Shown one piece after another: positions 10,355-18,866 of a DNA stretch of 32,000 nt. The stretch's first letter is position 1. The number at the start of each line of letters is the position of its first letter. The stretch is taken from contig OZ245049.1 of the NCBI GenBank assembly GCA_965224465.1, positions 510,001 to 542,000 on the forward strand. Direction: 5' to 3'. This DNA comes from Flavobacteriaceae bacterium (GTDB taxonomy: Bacteria > Bacteroidota > Bacteroidia > Flavobacteriales > Flavobacteriaceae). The position numbers and the translations under genes were made by a program. The notes under the pieces are model-generated. The model made no database searches, was not told where the DNA came from, and saw only the letters and a list, made by a program, of their open reading frames with translations.

Positions 10355-10555
10355 AGCCATGCTTCTCCAAAAACCACAGAGATATACACCAAGACCATCA
10401 AAATTAACAGTAAAAAAATCGTTGGACCGCTTGAAAATTTAAAAAATTTGAATACTTTTAACGATAAAAACAAATAATCACTCATTCTACTCTAGCTATG
10501 TTAGAAATAACAGCTACTCTAAGAGTTCTATAGTAGATATACGGGTGTTAGGCAC
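10355..10555 (+). repeat. Recombinase-3'-end/junction repeat, copy B (recombinase pseudogene fragment plus junction)
   Basis: The in-frame relic HASPKTTEIYTKTIKINSKKIVGPLENLKNLNTFNDKNK* (10358-10477) is homologous to the recombinase C-terminus. The unit ends atatacgggtGTTAGGCAC (10547-10555). Confidence 0.8.
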
Positions 10556-10568
10556 AATAACCAAATTT

Positions 10569-11237
10569 ATGATAAAAATCACATGTACTGAAGCACCAAT
10601 ATTTGCTCAAATTGTTAATAGAAATTTCGTGAATATTACCAGAGTTTCAAGATTATTAGATGATTTTACTAAAAGTTTAAATCAAGATATTTTGAGACTT
10701 TGCGTTGTATATTTACATGCCTCATCAGAAGATTTGTTAAGAAATGTTTATTTTTATCACATCACTAATTCCGACCATTCAAATTTATTAGGTAAGATTC
10801 CTCTATTTGAATCAGACGGAAAAAAAGAAAAGTTTAATTTTCAAGATCTTAAATACTTTAAAAATTACACGATTGAAGAAATAATGAATAAATCTTGTGA
10901 AGAATATGCAAATCGACTAACGTTTAATAATACAAATGATATCATTTCTGTTTTCAACAAATTTAATGTAAGTACTGAAAAAATAAAACATTTACTACCT
11001 CAAGTTCAAGAAATTTTTTTGAGAAGACATTTAATTGTACATAACTTAGATATGAATACTAATCGTTTTCATTTAAGTAAAGAAGAATCAATAAGACACG
11101 ATGGGAAAATTGAAACAAAAGATAACTTAAACAAAGCAATTATTGAGAATTGGATAAATATAATGAGTCAATTTATGCTAAAAACTGCAATTAGTTTTTT
11201 ACCTAAAGGCACATCAATTACGATGAATAATATTTAA
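10569..11237 (+). CDS. HEPN-like (RiboL-PSP/Abi-type) protein, tentative
   Basis: The tracked ORF starts at a GTG inside the junction motif; the first ATG is at 10569. The only recognisable motif is an Rx4H-type box, FLRRHLIVHN, in the C-terminal third. It is otherwise unassignable by eye. Confidence 0.35.
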   Translation: MIKITCTEAPIFAQIVNRNFVNITRVSRLLDDFTKSLNQDILRLCVVYLHASSEDLLRNVYFYHITNSDHSNLLGKIPLFESDGKKEKFNFQDLKYFKNYTIEEIMNKSCEEYANRLTFNNTNDIISVFNKFNVSTEKIKHLLPQVQEIFLRRHLIVHNLDMNTNRFHLSKEESIRHDGKIETKDNLNKAIIENWINIMSQFMLKTAISFLPKGTSITMNNI

Positions 11238-11341
11238 TAAACATAGTACAGTTCAAACAAAGCATAAAAAGAATAAGGCTTAAGTTTCAATTAAAAAATT
11301 TATTTGATGATTAAAAGAAATATAATAGTATTAGATTCTTA

Positions 11342-12460
11342 AATTCAAGTAGTAAATGCAACTTCTTAGATTTGAGAGTTTCTAAGGTTTATTTTTCAAA
11401 ACAGAAAGAGAGTCACCTCTCCTTCATGTTTTGATGGAATAGTTACCTTACGCCCTCAAGTCTCTGAAAAAGAAGTAGTATGGCACATTTAACCAAAGAA
11501 CAAAGATACACAATTACCTGTATGTTATCACAGGGGTATTCTAAGTCCAAAATAGCCTTGGCTATAGGGAAACATAAAAGCACTATAAGTAGAGAATGCA
11601 AACGTAATTGCGATGCTCGTAGCGGCTCCTATGAATACGAATTAGCACATAGAAAGTGGAAGGATAGACATAAGAAAAAGCGAAAGCACATTAGGTTTAC
11701 TGAGAAGATAAGAAGCGAGGTTGAAAAGCTGTTACGTGATGATTATAGTCCAGAACAAGTGGTTGGAATACTTACTAAGCAAGGAAAAGAAGTTGTTTCA
11801 GTAGAACGTATTTATCAGCATATCTGGCAAGATAAGAAGCATAAAGGCACACTCTATACTCATTTAAGAAGACAAGGAAGGAAGTACAGGAAACGAGGGG
11901 CATTCAAGGACTCACGTGGTATTATTAAAGATCGAATTAGTATTGAAAAACGACCAGATATAGTGGAGAAAAGAGAACGTTTTGGAGATTTAGAAGTGGA
12001 TTTAATAATTGGAAAAAATCATCATCAAGCCATTCTTACAATCAATGACAGGGCTTCTGGGATGCTAAAGATGAAAAAAATAGCATCTAAAGAATCTTCT
12101 GTTGTAACAGCTGCTATTAATGAGCTTTTAGAAGATTGGATACCGTATATAAACACTATAACAGCTGATAACGGAAAAGAGTTTGCAGGACATAAAAAAG
12201 TAGCTGAATTTTTAGGAATCGATTATTATTTTGCACATCCTTACCATTCATGGGAAAGAGGATCTAATGAAAATTTAAATGGGCTTATTCGGCAATATTT
12301 CCCTAAAGGAAGTGACTTTTCGATATTAACTAAGCAGATGATAAAACAGGTGGAAGGAAAATTAAATAGAAGGCCTAGGAAAAGGTTTTCATATCAAAAC
12401 CCTATATTTGTAATGAATCAATTATTGTTTAACCAAAAAGTTGCGTTTATAAGTTGAATT
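11342..12460 (+). mobile_element. IS30-family insertion sequence (~1.12 kb)
   Basis: Imperfect terminal inverted repeats: AATTCAAgTagTAAAtGCAACTTcTT at 11342-11367, and the reverse complement of 12435-12460 (AATTCAAcTtaTAAAcGCAACTTtTT). The transposase stop lies inside the right repeat. No clear target duplication was seen. Confidence 0.6.
11480..12457 (+). CDS. IS30-family transposase
   Basis: 325 aa. It has an N-terminal HTH (LTKEQRYTITCMLSQGYSKSKIA...STISRECKRN) and a DDE core (GDLEVDLI, ITADNGKEF, WERGSNENLNGLIRQYFPKG). Confidence 0.9.
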   Translation: MAHLTKEQRYTITCMLSQGYSKSKIALAIGKHKSTISRECKRNCDARSGSYEYELAHRKWKDRHKKKRKHIRFTEKIRSEVEKLLRDDYSPEQVVGILTKQGKEVVSVERIYQHIWQDKKHKGTLYTHLRRQGRKYRKRGAFKDSRGIIKDRISIEKRPDIVEKRERFGDLEVDLIIGKNHHQAILTINDRASGMLKMKKIASKESSVVTAAINELLEDWIPYINTITADNGKEFAGHKKVAEFLGIDYYFAHPYHSWERGSNENLNGLIRQYFPKGSDFSILTKQMIKQVEGKLNRRPRKRFSYQNPIFVMNQLLFNQKVAFIS

Positions 12461-12570
12461 CAGCATTAAATATAAGAAATCATTCATAATTAGTAAATTA
12501 TTTAAATCGTTACGGTAAAATAAACTAACAAAAAACCATAACAGATTTATAACTATAATGAAAATTAAAA

Positions 12571-12851
12571 GTGCCTAATAACTAAGTGTTCGTGCGGTGC
12601 ATAGCGCCCAGCATGAACATAATGTTGACTATACCGGCCCAAAAGATGATACTATGGGGATTGCGCGAAGTTTATTAAGAAGCTATCGACAAGGACCTTA
12701 ATAAGATACTACCTGTTTTAGTGCATTTACTCCCACGCTCTTTTGTGGGGATAGTTTTTTACTGTTTTTTGATACTGATTATTGTTGGTTAGTAGCGTTT
12801 AGGCATGCGTTTTCCATTACGTGGCTACGTTTGTTTATTTTCGGTTATTAG
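12571..12851 (+). other. Atypical long attC-like site / non-coding spacer closing the HEPN-IS30 cassette
   Basis: It starts GTGCCTAAtAAC, the near reverse complement of the cassette start GTTAGGCAC. It ends ggCTACGTTTgtttattttcgGTTATTAG (12844-12851). That end resembles the ...CTACGTTT...ccGTT right ends of two of the three long sites, and it is the exact complement of CTAATAAC at 12575-12582. No ORF is present. Confidence 0.4.
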
Positions 12852-12936
12852 TACATGCTTTTATTGGTTGCAACCAATAGGCAGGAGGTCCTCTTCCGCT
12901 AAACAGATAGACGGTTTTGAGTTTTACTGTCTTACA

Positions 12937-13012
12937 ATCGTTCTGTTTTTCAACAATGCTAGTACGTAAACCAACCTGTTTATATCGGTCATTTCAGATA
13001 GTAGTTGGTATT
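12937..13012 (+). repeat. 76-nt direct repeat, copy 1
   Basis: atcgttctgtttttcaacaatgctagtacgtaaaccaacctgtttatatcgg...ttggtat. It is about 85% identical to 13690-13765. Confidence 0.8.
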
Positions 13013-13463
13013 ATATTCGCACTCTGATTATTATTATTTCCTGATCTGTAAATTCCATCCAAGCAAAATCATATAAATAACGATAGGTTTTACCTTGGGA
13101 ATTTATATATGAATGGGTACTGTATTTAAAATTGAATTTTTTCTTATCTAAGCGTAAACGAGTTATTTTTTTTTGGCTTAGATTCTTCCCCATCACTTCC
13201 AACAATATAGATCGATTCCTATGTAAAATACGATCAATATCTGTACACATGTCTTTGGTAACACGCCGCAGATTTGTATGGTAATAATTCTTACATTTGA
13301 TGGAACAAAATATTTTATTAGTCCTACCTACAATTTCTGTTGAACAAATTTTACAGGTTTTCATAGCTTCATAATTATTTAAATTTAAAAAAAACGATCT
13401 CGTTGCCATTTTATAAGGAGTGTTTCTAAACCCACCAATGGGTTTAATCCCCGATGCTTGCAT
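13011..13463 (-). CDS. Zinc-ribbon protein of unknown function (part of the recombinase module)
   Basis: It has a CxxC...CxxxC ribbon, MKTCKICSTEIVGRTNKIFCSIKCKNYYH. The likely true start is Met34 (13364) or Met19. Confidence 0.55.
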   Translation of the reverse strand: MQASGIKPIGGFRNTPYKMATRSFFLNLNNYEAMKTCKICSTEIVGRTNKIFCSIKCKNYYHTNLRRVTKDMCTDIDRILHRNRSILLEVMGKNLSQKKITRLRLDKKKFNFKYSTHSYINSQGKTYRYLYDFAWMEFTDQEIIIIRVRI

Positions 13464-13689
13464 CGAAATGATTAAGGTTTTTTTTCATGCCTCATGGGTT
13501 TACCCCAAGGTTATTGACTTATTTCTAGTGATTAATTACAATTAAATACTCCTAAATTATCTTGAAAACAACAAAACAGTTCTATAACACTAATTAAATC
13601 TCCTTTGACGGTTTAGAAATGGAATTATTTTTTATTTGTTCTCCGACTGAGCGGATAGCTAGACAAAAAACGAATGGATATCCTTAGCT

Positions 13690-13765
13690 ATCGTTCTGTT
13701 TTTTTAACAAGGCAAGAACGTAAACCAACCTGTTTATATCGATTATTTTGGATTTTAATTGGTAT
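13690..13765 (+). repeat. 76-nt direct repeat, copy 2
   Basis: atcgttctgtttttttaacaaggcaagaacgtaaaccaacctgtttatatcga...ttggtat. The sequence after it weakly resembles the 3' end of the zinc-ribbon ORF. Confidence 0.8.
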
Positions 13766-13972
13766 AACACCTAGCTCTTAAAATTATGTGGATCCGTGAA
13801 ACCCCAGTAATTTTATTGTCTTGAACAAAAAAGATATTTGTTTTAACTTCTTGTATTCATGAAAGTTACGACTTTAAACGTTTTTAACGGTTAAAACGTT
13901 TAACTATTTTTTTCCTAGCGATAATTTGCTCAAATAGCGTATCTTATAGCAATAAAGAAACAATGCCTACTT

Positions 13973-15109
13973 ATGAAAAGGACAGAAATTTACATACCCG
14001 TAAAAAATGCGAAACGTATAAAAGTAAGTATTCCGTATCATAGGACAGTCCTAAGACAAAAAATTAAAGAGATAAACAGTTCCTTTTGGCATCCCAATCA
14101 AAAATTATGGTCGGTTATAAATACCGAAGAAAATTTTGAACTGTTAAAATCCATTTGTGGAAAAGACACGTTGCTTAGCGCGGAAAAGTCCCCCACTCCA
14201 CTACCCGAAGTAATTTTAAATCAGAGACAGATAGAAGCGCTATTAAACTTAGAAAAAACACTGGTGTTAAAACGCTATGGTTTATCGACCATACGCATGT
14301 ATAAAAGAATGTTTAGTTTATTTTTAATGAAATTTTCCAGTAGAGATTTGGTACAAATCACTAAACAAGAAATAGAGTCCTTTATATATGAGTTGATTAA
14401 AAAAAACGGTATTTCGGAGAGCATGCAAAACCAAATTATTAATGCCATTAAAGCCTATTATGAACATGTTTTAAAAAAACCAAGAGAATTTTACGATATA
14501 GAACGTCCCAAAAAAACGATAAACATACCAAATGTGTTAAGTGAAGAGGAAGTAGTAGCATTACTTAACAGTCCTAAAAACCTGAAACATAAGGCTATAT
14601 TATGGACAATATATAGTGCTGGCCTACGAATAAGCGAAGTATTAAATTTAAGAATTGCAGATATAAATTCGGACGACGGCTATCTTTTTATAAAAAACAG
14701 CAAAGGAAATAGAGACCGAAAAACAATCTTATCTCCTCGTTTACTCCCTTTATTAAGAAGTTATTATAAAAAATACCGTCCCTCCTATTGGTTATTTGAA
14801 GGACAAACTGGCGGAAAATATACCCAAAGTAGTATTCGTAGTTTTTTTAGACGTGCCGTAGAAGAATCCAACATAAACCCCTGGGCAACAGTACACACCT
14901 TAAGGCATTCATTTGCTACACATTGCATCATAAACCAAGTAAGTATGCGTCATGTACAGAATATGCTAGGCCATGCCTCTCCTAAAACAACCGAGATTTA
15001 CACCAAAACAATTGAAATAAATAACAAAAAAATTAAAGGACCGCTTGAAAACTTAAAAAATTTGAATACATTTAACAAAAAAACAACACACAACCCGAAA
15101 CTATTATAG
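13973..15109 (+). CDS. Tyrosine site-specific recombinase (XerC/D-like catalytic spacing with an ~80-aa N-terminal extension)
   Basis: Catalytic signature: AGLRISE (Arg), HTLRHSFATH (His-x-x-Arg), LGHASPKTTEIYT (His...Tyr). It has a SAM-like core-binding region, ESMQNQIINAIKAYYEHVL. Only about 88 aa separate box I Arg from box II His, so the extra IntI-specific insertion appears to be absent. Confidence 0.9.
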   Translation: MKRTEIYIPVKNAKRIKVSIPYHRTVLRQKIKEINSSFWHPNQKLWSVINTEENFELLKSICGKDTLLSAEKSPTPLPEVILNQRQIEALLNLEKTLVLKRYGLSTIRMYKRMFSLFLMKFSSRDLVQITKQEIESFIYELIKKNGISESMQNQIINAIKAYYEHVLKKPREFYDIERPKKTINIPNVLSEEEVVALLNSPKNLKHKAILWTIYSAGLRISEVLNLRIADINSDDGYLFIKNSKGNRDRKTILSPRLLPLLRSYYKKYRPSYWLFEGQTGGKYTQSSIRSFFRRAVEESNINPWATVHTLRHSFATHCIINQVSMRHVQNMLGHASPKTTEIYTKTIEINNKKIKGPLENLKNLNTFNKKTTHNPKLL

Positions 15110-15170
15110 AGATAACGGAAATAACGTCAAGTTTTGGAAGTTTATTGATGATATACGGGTGTTACAAAAC
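14984..15170 (+). repeat. Recombinase-3'-end/junction repeat, copy C (the functional copy)
   Basis: It covers the last ~40 codons of the recombinase plus 60 nt, ending atatacgggtGTTACAAAAC (15161-15170). It is homologous to 8364-8543 and 10355-10555. Confidence 0.85.
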
Positions 15171-15196
15171 ATTAAAACCAATTAAAACCCTAAAAA

Positions 15197-16384
15197 ATGG
15201 CTTGGATTGAAATAAAAGGTTATCCTGAAACAAGAATGAAAATTGAATTTCCTAAAGTAGTAGCTATTGATGCAATAGAATGTATTACAGATTTAGAAGA
15301 TGGTTCTGACAATCTAGGCACAAATAGTACACAGAAAGGAATGATTTACGGGAAAGAATATGAATTCAAAGTTTCTAAGTATTATAAAAATAATACACCT
15401 ACTGATGAAATGATTAAAGAGATTATTTGGGAATACTCTTATGCAAATGATGAAGGGGGTGTAACAATAACAACTCAAAAAGAATCTTCTGGAGAAAGTT
15501 TTAAATTGAAAATTGATAACCTTGAAATATTAGGTAAAAAAATATCAATTTATGCTTATTTAGGATGTAAGCAAAGTGAAGGCAATTTAGATATCTTTTG
15601 CCATAATCGGTTTAGATATTTTGACAAGGAGATAATAAAAAATGAACTAAATAAGAGGAAAAATAATCCTGAATTAGCAAATCAAAGTATGACTCCTACT
15701 TGCGGAATGGCTTCAATATTTTATATATTAGCTAAAGAAGATTTTGATAACTATCAAAACTTTATACTTGATTTACATCAAACTGGGATTGCTAAATGTA
15801 ATTCATATGAAGTTGATGTTTCTAAATGTGAGCATTTATTAGAAATGGATCCTGTTATAGATAATTTATACCCCGTGTTATATGGTAAAAAAATGCCATA
15901 TATTGATTGGATTCCTTTTTCTTGCGTTAGAGACTTAGAAAATAATTTACCCATAAGTTATAATGGCAAAATGAGCCAATCTTCATTAGATGAATTTTCA
16001 GGAGCTACATTGCCTCACGAAATAGAAAAATTAATGAAAGAGGTTTTAGGTTTCAATAAAATTATAAACGACACAAATCTCGTTTTCAATAAAGATAGCC
16101 AAGCTTTTGGCGAAATATCCGCCAGAGAATTAAAGAAATTACAAGATTTATATTTAGATGGATATAATATATGCTTATTTATTAATACAAATATGATAAG
16201 TAATAAGAAATCTGGAATTTTATCGACAATTGAACATTGGGTCGTATTCGAGGGAATTATTGGAGGAACAATTAGTTGGGATGAATATGATTTCAAAGTC
16301 TTTACTTGGGGTCGTATCGAGAAAATCATTATAAACCCAGAGTCATTCAGATCAAATTATTATGGATATGTTGCAGGTAAATAA
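15197..16384 (+). CDS. Polymorphic-toxin-like protein, variant 2, with a papain/C39-like Cys-His peptidase (or amidase) fold
   Basis: 395 aa. It shares the N-terminal 22 aa with the 8574 ORF. The candidate catalytic set is NQSMTPTCGMASIFYIL (Gln, five intervening residues, then Cys-Gly) and TIEHWVVFEG (His). A lipoprotein gene follows. Confidence 0.5.
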   Translation: MAWIEIKGYPETRMKIEFPKVVAIDAIECITDLEDGSDNLGTNSTQKGMIYGKEYEFKVSKYYKNNTPTDEMIKEIIWEYSYANDEGGVTITTQKESSGESFKLKIDNLEILGKKISIYAYLGCKQSEGNLDIFCHNRFRYFDKEIIKNELNKRKNNPELANQSMTPTCGMASIFYILAKEDFDNYQNFILDLHQTGIAKCNSYEVDVSKCEHLLEMDPVIDNLYPVLYGKKMPYIDWIPFSCVRDLENNLPISYNGKMSQSSLDEFSGATLPHEIEKLMKEVLGFNKIINDTNLVFNKDSQAFGEISARELKKLQDLYLDGYNICLFINTNMISNKKSGILSTIEHWVVFEGIIGGTISWDEYDFKVFTWGRIEKIIINPESFRSNYYGYVAGK

Positions 16385-16781
16385 AAAACTTATTTATTTC
16401 TTTTTAATCATACTACTTTCGAGTTGTAAAGAGAAAGTTAAACAATGTAGTTTGGAAAATTCTATATTTAGTAGAATTACTTTAAAAGAGTTTAAAAACT
16501 TAAGAAGTCTAAGCGTAAATGGAAAAAAAAGAAATAATCTTTTAAAGGTAAATTCTAATGGAGTCTATATAAAAATAGATTCTGAAATATACGATGAATT
16601 AAGAAAAGATAAGGTTTTGTTTGTAATTAATGATTCTTTGAACTATATCATTTCAGAAATTAGAATAGATTCTGTAGAAAGGCAAACTATGGTAAATAGA
16701 ATTAATGATTGTTTTTTGGTATCATATAAAGTTAATGACTCAATAATTTATCATCATCAAGAGATTATTATAAATCACTAA
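16362..16781 (+). CDS. Small lipoprotein, candidate periplasm-facing immunity protein
   Basis: It has a signal peptide with a lipobox, KKLIYFFLIILLSSC. It overlaps the toxin-like ORF by 23 nt (or 17 nt from Met3). Its stop lies 3 nt before the cassette-end motif. Confidence 0.5.
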   Translation: MDMLQVNKKLIYFFLIILLSSCKEKVKQCSLENSIFSRITLKEFKNLRSLSVNGKKRNNLLKVNSNGVYIKIDSEIYDELRKDKVLFVINDSLNYIISEIRIDSVERQTMVNRINDCFLVSYKVNDSIIYHHQEIIINH

Positions 16782-16792
16782 AACGTTTTGTA

Positions 16793-18648
16793 ATCGAGTA
16801 GACGGGTGACAACTGAATAGTTGCCACTGCGCCTCTCACACCACCGTACGTACGGGTCTCGTATACGGCGGTTCAAAAAATTGAAGTCTGCGTATTATTA
16901 ATGTAATCTATCAAAGGTTTATACCCTTTTCGTACAAGTCTAGATTTGGTAATGGTAGTCTTTAAAATTGGACTTTGGGCTACTGCCCATCCTCCCATTC
17001 TGGTTCTACTCCAAGCGTATGCTTGTCCATTCTCTATTCCTAATCTGATTAGGTTTTTACGTTTTCGTTCGAGTTTTTTCCAATCGTGCCAAATACAATA
17101 TCGCAACCGATTTCTTATCCACTCATCTAGCTTTTTAACTTTTGCATAGATGTTGGTTAAACGGTAATTATTCATCCAGCCTCGGCAGACTTGATTAAGC
17201 CGTTCTAAACGTTCCGACAATGACATTGGTTTGGTTTTCTTGGTAATACTCTTTAGGTTACGCTTAAACTTTGCCCAACTTTTCTTTGCTACTACTAGTA
17301 TATATTGTCCTTTTACTCCCTTTTTGTAGACTGGCACAAAGCCATGTCCTAGTAACTCAAAGTTTACGGGTCTACGAATGCCACTTTTGGCTTTATTTAT
17401 AGGTAGTTTTAATTTGTCTTTTAAGAAGACAAACAACGTATTCCCTATTTGTTTCGCCTCACGTTTGGTCTTTGCGTAAATGCTAAAATCATCTGCGTAG
17501 CGGACGTACCGTAAACCCATTCTTTTCATTTCTTTATCCAAGACGTCTAACATTATGTTAGATAGTAAGGGACTAATTGGGCTTCCTTGCGGGATTCCTT
17601 TTCTACGCTTTTGAAGTTTCCCATTTATTAAAATAGGAACTCTAAGCCATTTTCGGATTAAACGCATGGTTGTTGGACATTTTACCCTGTGGTAAATAAG
17701 TTGTAGTAGGATACAATGGTCCACTTCATCAAAGAACCCTTTAAGGTCAATATCTACAATATCTTGGTAACCATTATTGATATACTGTTGAGCTTGTAGT
17801 ACTGCTTTTTGAATGTTCTTTTGTGGTCTAAACCCAAAACTAAGTGGCTCAAAATCAAATTCGAACTGAACCATTAATTGTTGGCTTACCGCTTGCTGTA
17901 GCCATCTATCTACTACTGTTGGGATTCCTAAAAGTCTGGTTTTACCCTTGCCTTTTGGAATGCTTACTCCTAAGATTGAGTTTGGAACATAGCTATTCTT
18001 ACGGATCGTTGTTAGTATGTCTGAACGGTTTTCAACTATATAAGTTGAAAGTTCCGTTACTTTCATACCATCAACTCCGCTAGCTCCTTTATTTCGCTTC
18101 ACTTGACGTGCTGCTTTAAAAAGGTTGGTAGCTTCTAGTACTTTGTCAATCATAGGTTAAATAATTCGGGTACTCCTGTTGGTTTAAAACTAGGCTAGCT
18201 AGGCATCCTAATTGAATTTCAACGTAATTTAATGTTCTGTCCTTCCCTATTTGTGAGACCATCTGAGGTCTTTCCTCAACTCGTTTCCCATAGGTACTAT
18301 GACGTCTGCTGACTTCTCCATAGAACCAACTCCTGGCTTTGGAGACCTCCCCAGGTAATGACATCTTCTTTCACTCAATCACTGCCGTATCTACATAACT
18401 ACCCTTTTAGTATTCTTTTGGGCGTTGCAATGATGTGTTTACTTACCCAAGTAATTATACCTCTGTATACGGTTTCTGTTCGTCAGTACCGAGCTTTGTA
18501 GTCTCGCTTCCTTCAGATAAAACCTCACGGTTTTCACCCTTGCGACTTACTAATGTTTCAGAACGTTACTCCTGCACATAAGGGACTTGCACCCTCTAGA
18601 TTAATTAACTACCTTTCCGTAGTTAAAAGATGCCCATGCTGGGCACAC
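16793..18648 (-). mobile_element. Group II intron, bacterial class C (IIC), copy 1; intact, 1856 nt
   Basis: Read on the minus strand: 5' GTGTGCCCAGCATGGG, AGGGTGCAAGTCCC, CTGAAGGAAGCGAGAC, CCTGGGGAGGTCTCC, GAAGTCAGCAGACGTCATAGTACC. Domain V is GAACCGCCGTATACGAGACCCGTACGTACGGTGGTGTG, followed by a short domain VI ending ...CTACTCGAT. As I recall it, this closely parallels the Oceanobacillus iheyensis IIC ribozyme. The ends are uncertain by about 2 nt. Confidence 0.9.
16873..18153 (-). CDS. Group II intron reverse transcriptase/maturase (no endonuclease domain)
   Basis: 426 aa. RT blocks: GVDGM, RLLGIPTVVDRWLQQA, FGFRPQKN, DIDLKGFFD, GIPQGSPISPLLSN, YVRYADDFSIY. It has an X/maturase tail. The stop abuts domain V. 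Confidence 0.95.
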   Translation of the reverse strand: MIDKVLEATNLFKAARQVKRNKGASGVDGMKVTELSTYIVENRSDILTTIRKNSYVPNSILGVSIPKGKGKTRLLGIPTVVDRWLQQAVSQQLMVQFEFDFEPLSFGFRPQKNIQKAVLQAQQYINNGYQDIVDIDLKGFFDEVDHCILLQLIYHRVKCPTTMRLIRKWLRVPILINGKLQKRRKGIPQGSPISPLLSNIMLDVLDKEMKRMGLRYVRYADDFSIYAKTKREAKQIGNTLFVFLKDKLKLPINKAKSGIRRPVNFELLGHGFVPVYKKGVKGQYILVVAKKSWAKFKRNLKSITKKTKPMSLSERLERLNQVCRGWMNNYRLTNIYAKVKKLDEWIRNRLRYCIWHDWKKLERKRKNLIRLGIENGQAYAWSRTRMGGWAVAQSPILKTTITKSRLVRKGYKPLIDYINNTQTSIF

Positions 18649-18840
18649 ACAAAGTATATAAAACATAGCTAATAAGTGCTTAACCCAAAGGTCAGTGCTT
18701 ATTTACTAAGTTCCGCCAAATTTTTAATTTGGCTTTTAAAATAGAAAAGATAAAAACAAAATATAAAAATCTGGCTCTGTGCTAAACCCGAAATTTATCG
18801 TATTTTCATACGCTACGTTTCATATACAAACCGTTAGGTG
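18649..18840 (+). other. Long attC-like site (right part; the left 9 nt are at 16784-16792, split off by intron 1)
   Basis: The reconstituted left end is GTTTTGTA|AC-AAAGTATA. It has three GTGCTWA boxes, the first two 19 nt apart. The central hairpin is GCCAAATTTTTA (18715) paired with TAAAAATCTGGC (18775). The right end is TATACaaaccGTTAGGTG (18833-18840). Confidence 0.65.
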
Positions 18841-18866
18841 CAAGCTGAAAAAAAAATCCCACCGCA

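Noticed and set aside
10170-10370. 66-aa minus-strand ORF
   Set aside because: Its only meaningful similarity is to the last residues of the intron RT (SRLVRKGYKPLI). It is part of a truncated intron relic, not a gene.
12596-12660. A possible plus-strand group II intron 5' end (GTGCGGTGCATAGCGCCCAGCATGAAC resembles GTGTGCCCAGCATGGG)
   Set aside because: None of the other IIC core motifs (AGGGTGCAAGTCCC, GAAGGAAGC, GGGGAGGTC, domain V) follow, and there is no RT ORF. The similarity is about 10 nt and may be chance.
13973-15109. Calling the recombinase a canonical integron integrase (intI)
   Set aside because: The box I to box II spacing (about 88 aa) is XerC/D-like, so the IntI-specific extra domain seems to be missing. 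The gene is co-oriented with the cassettes and embedded in the array, so I left the symbol blank.
16946-18083. Plus-strand ORFs of 67 and 79 aa, repeated in all three intron copies (e.g. 24014-24217, 24961-25200, 26697-26900, 27644-27883)
   Set aside because: They are antisense to the well-supported RT/maturase frame and low in complexity. They are conserved only because the intron DNA is identical.
18146-18364. 72-aa minus-strand ORF (MSLPGEVSKARSWF...), repeated at 25263-25481 and 27946-28164
   Set aside because: It lies entirely within the conserved ribozyme core of the group II intron, overlapping the CCTGGGGAGGTCTCC and GAAGTCAGCAGACGTCATAGTACC motifs. Its repetition simply reflects the intron copy number.
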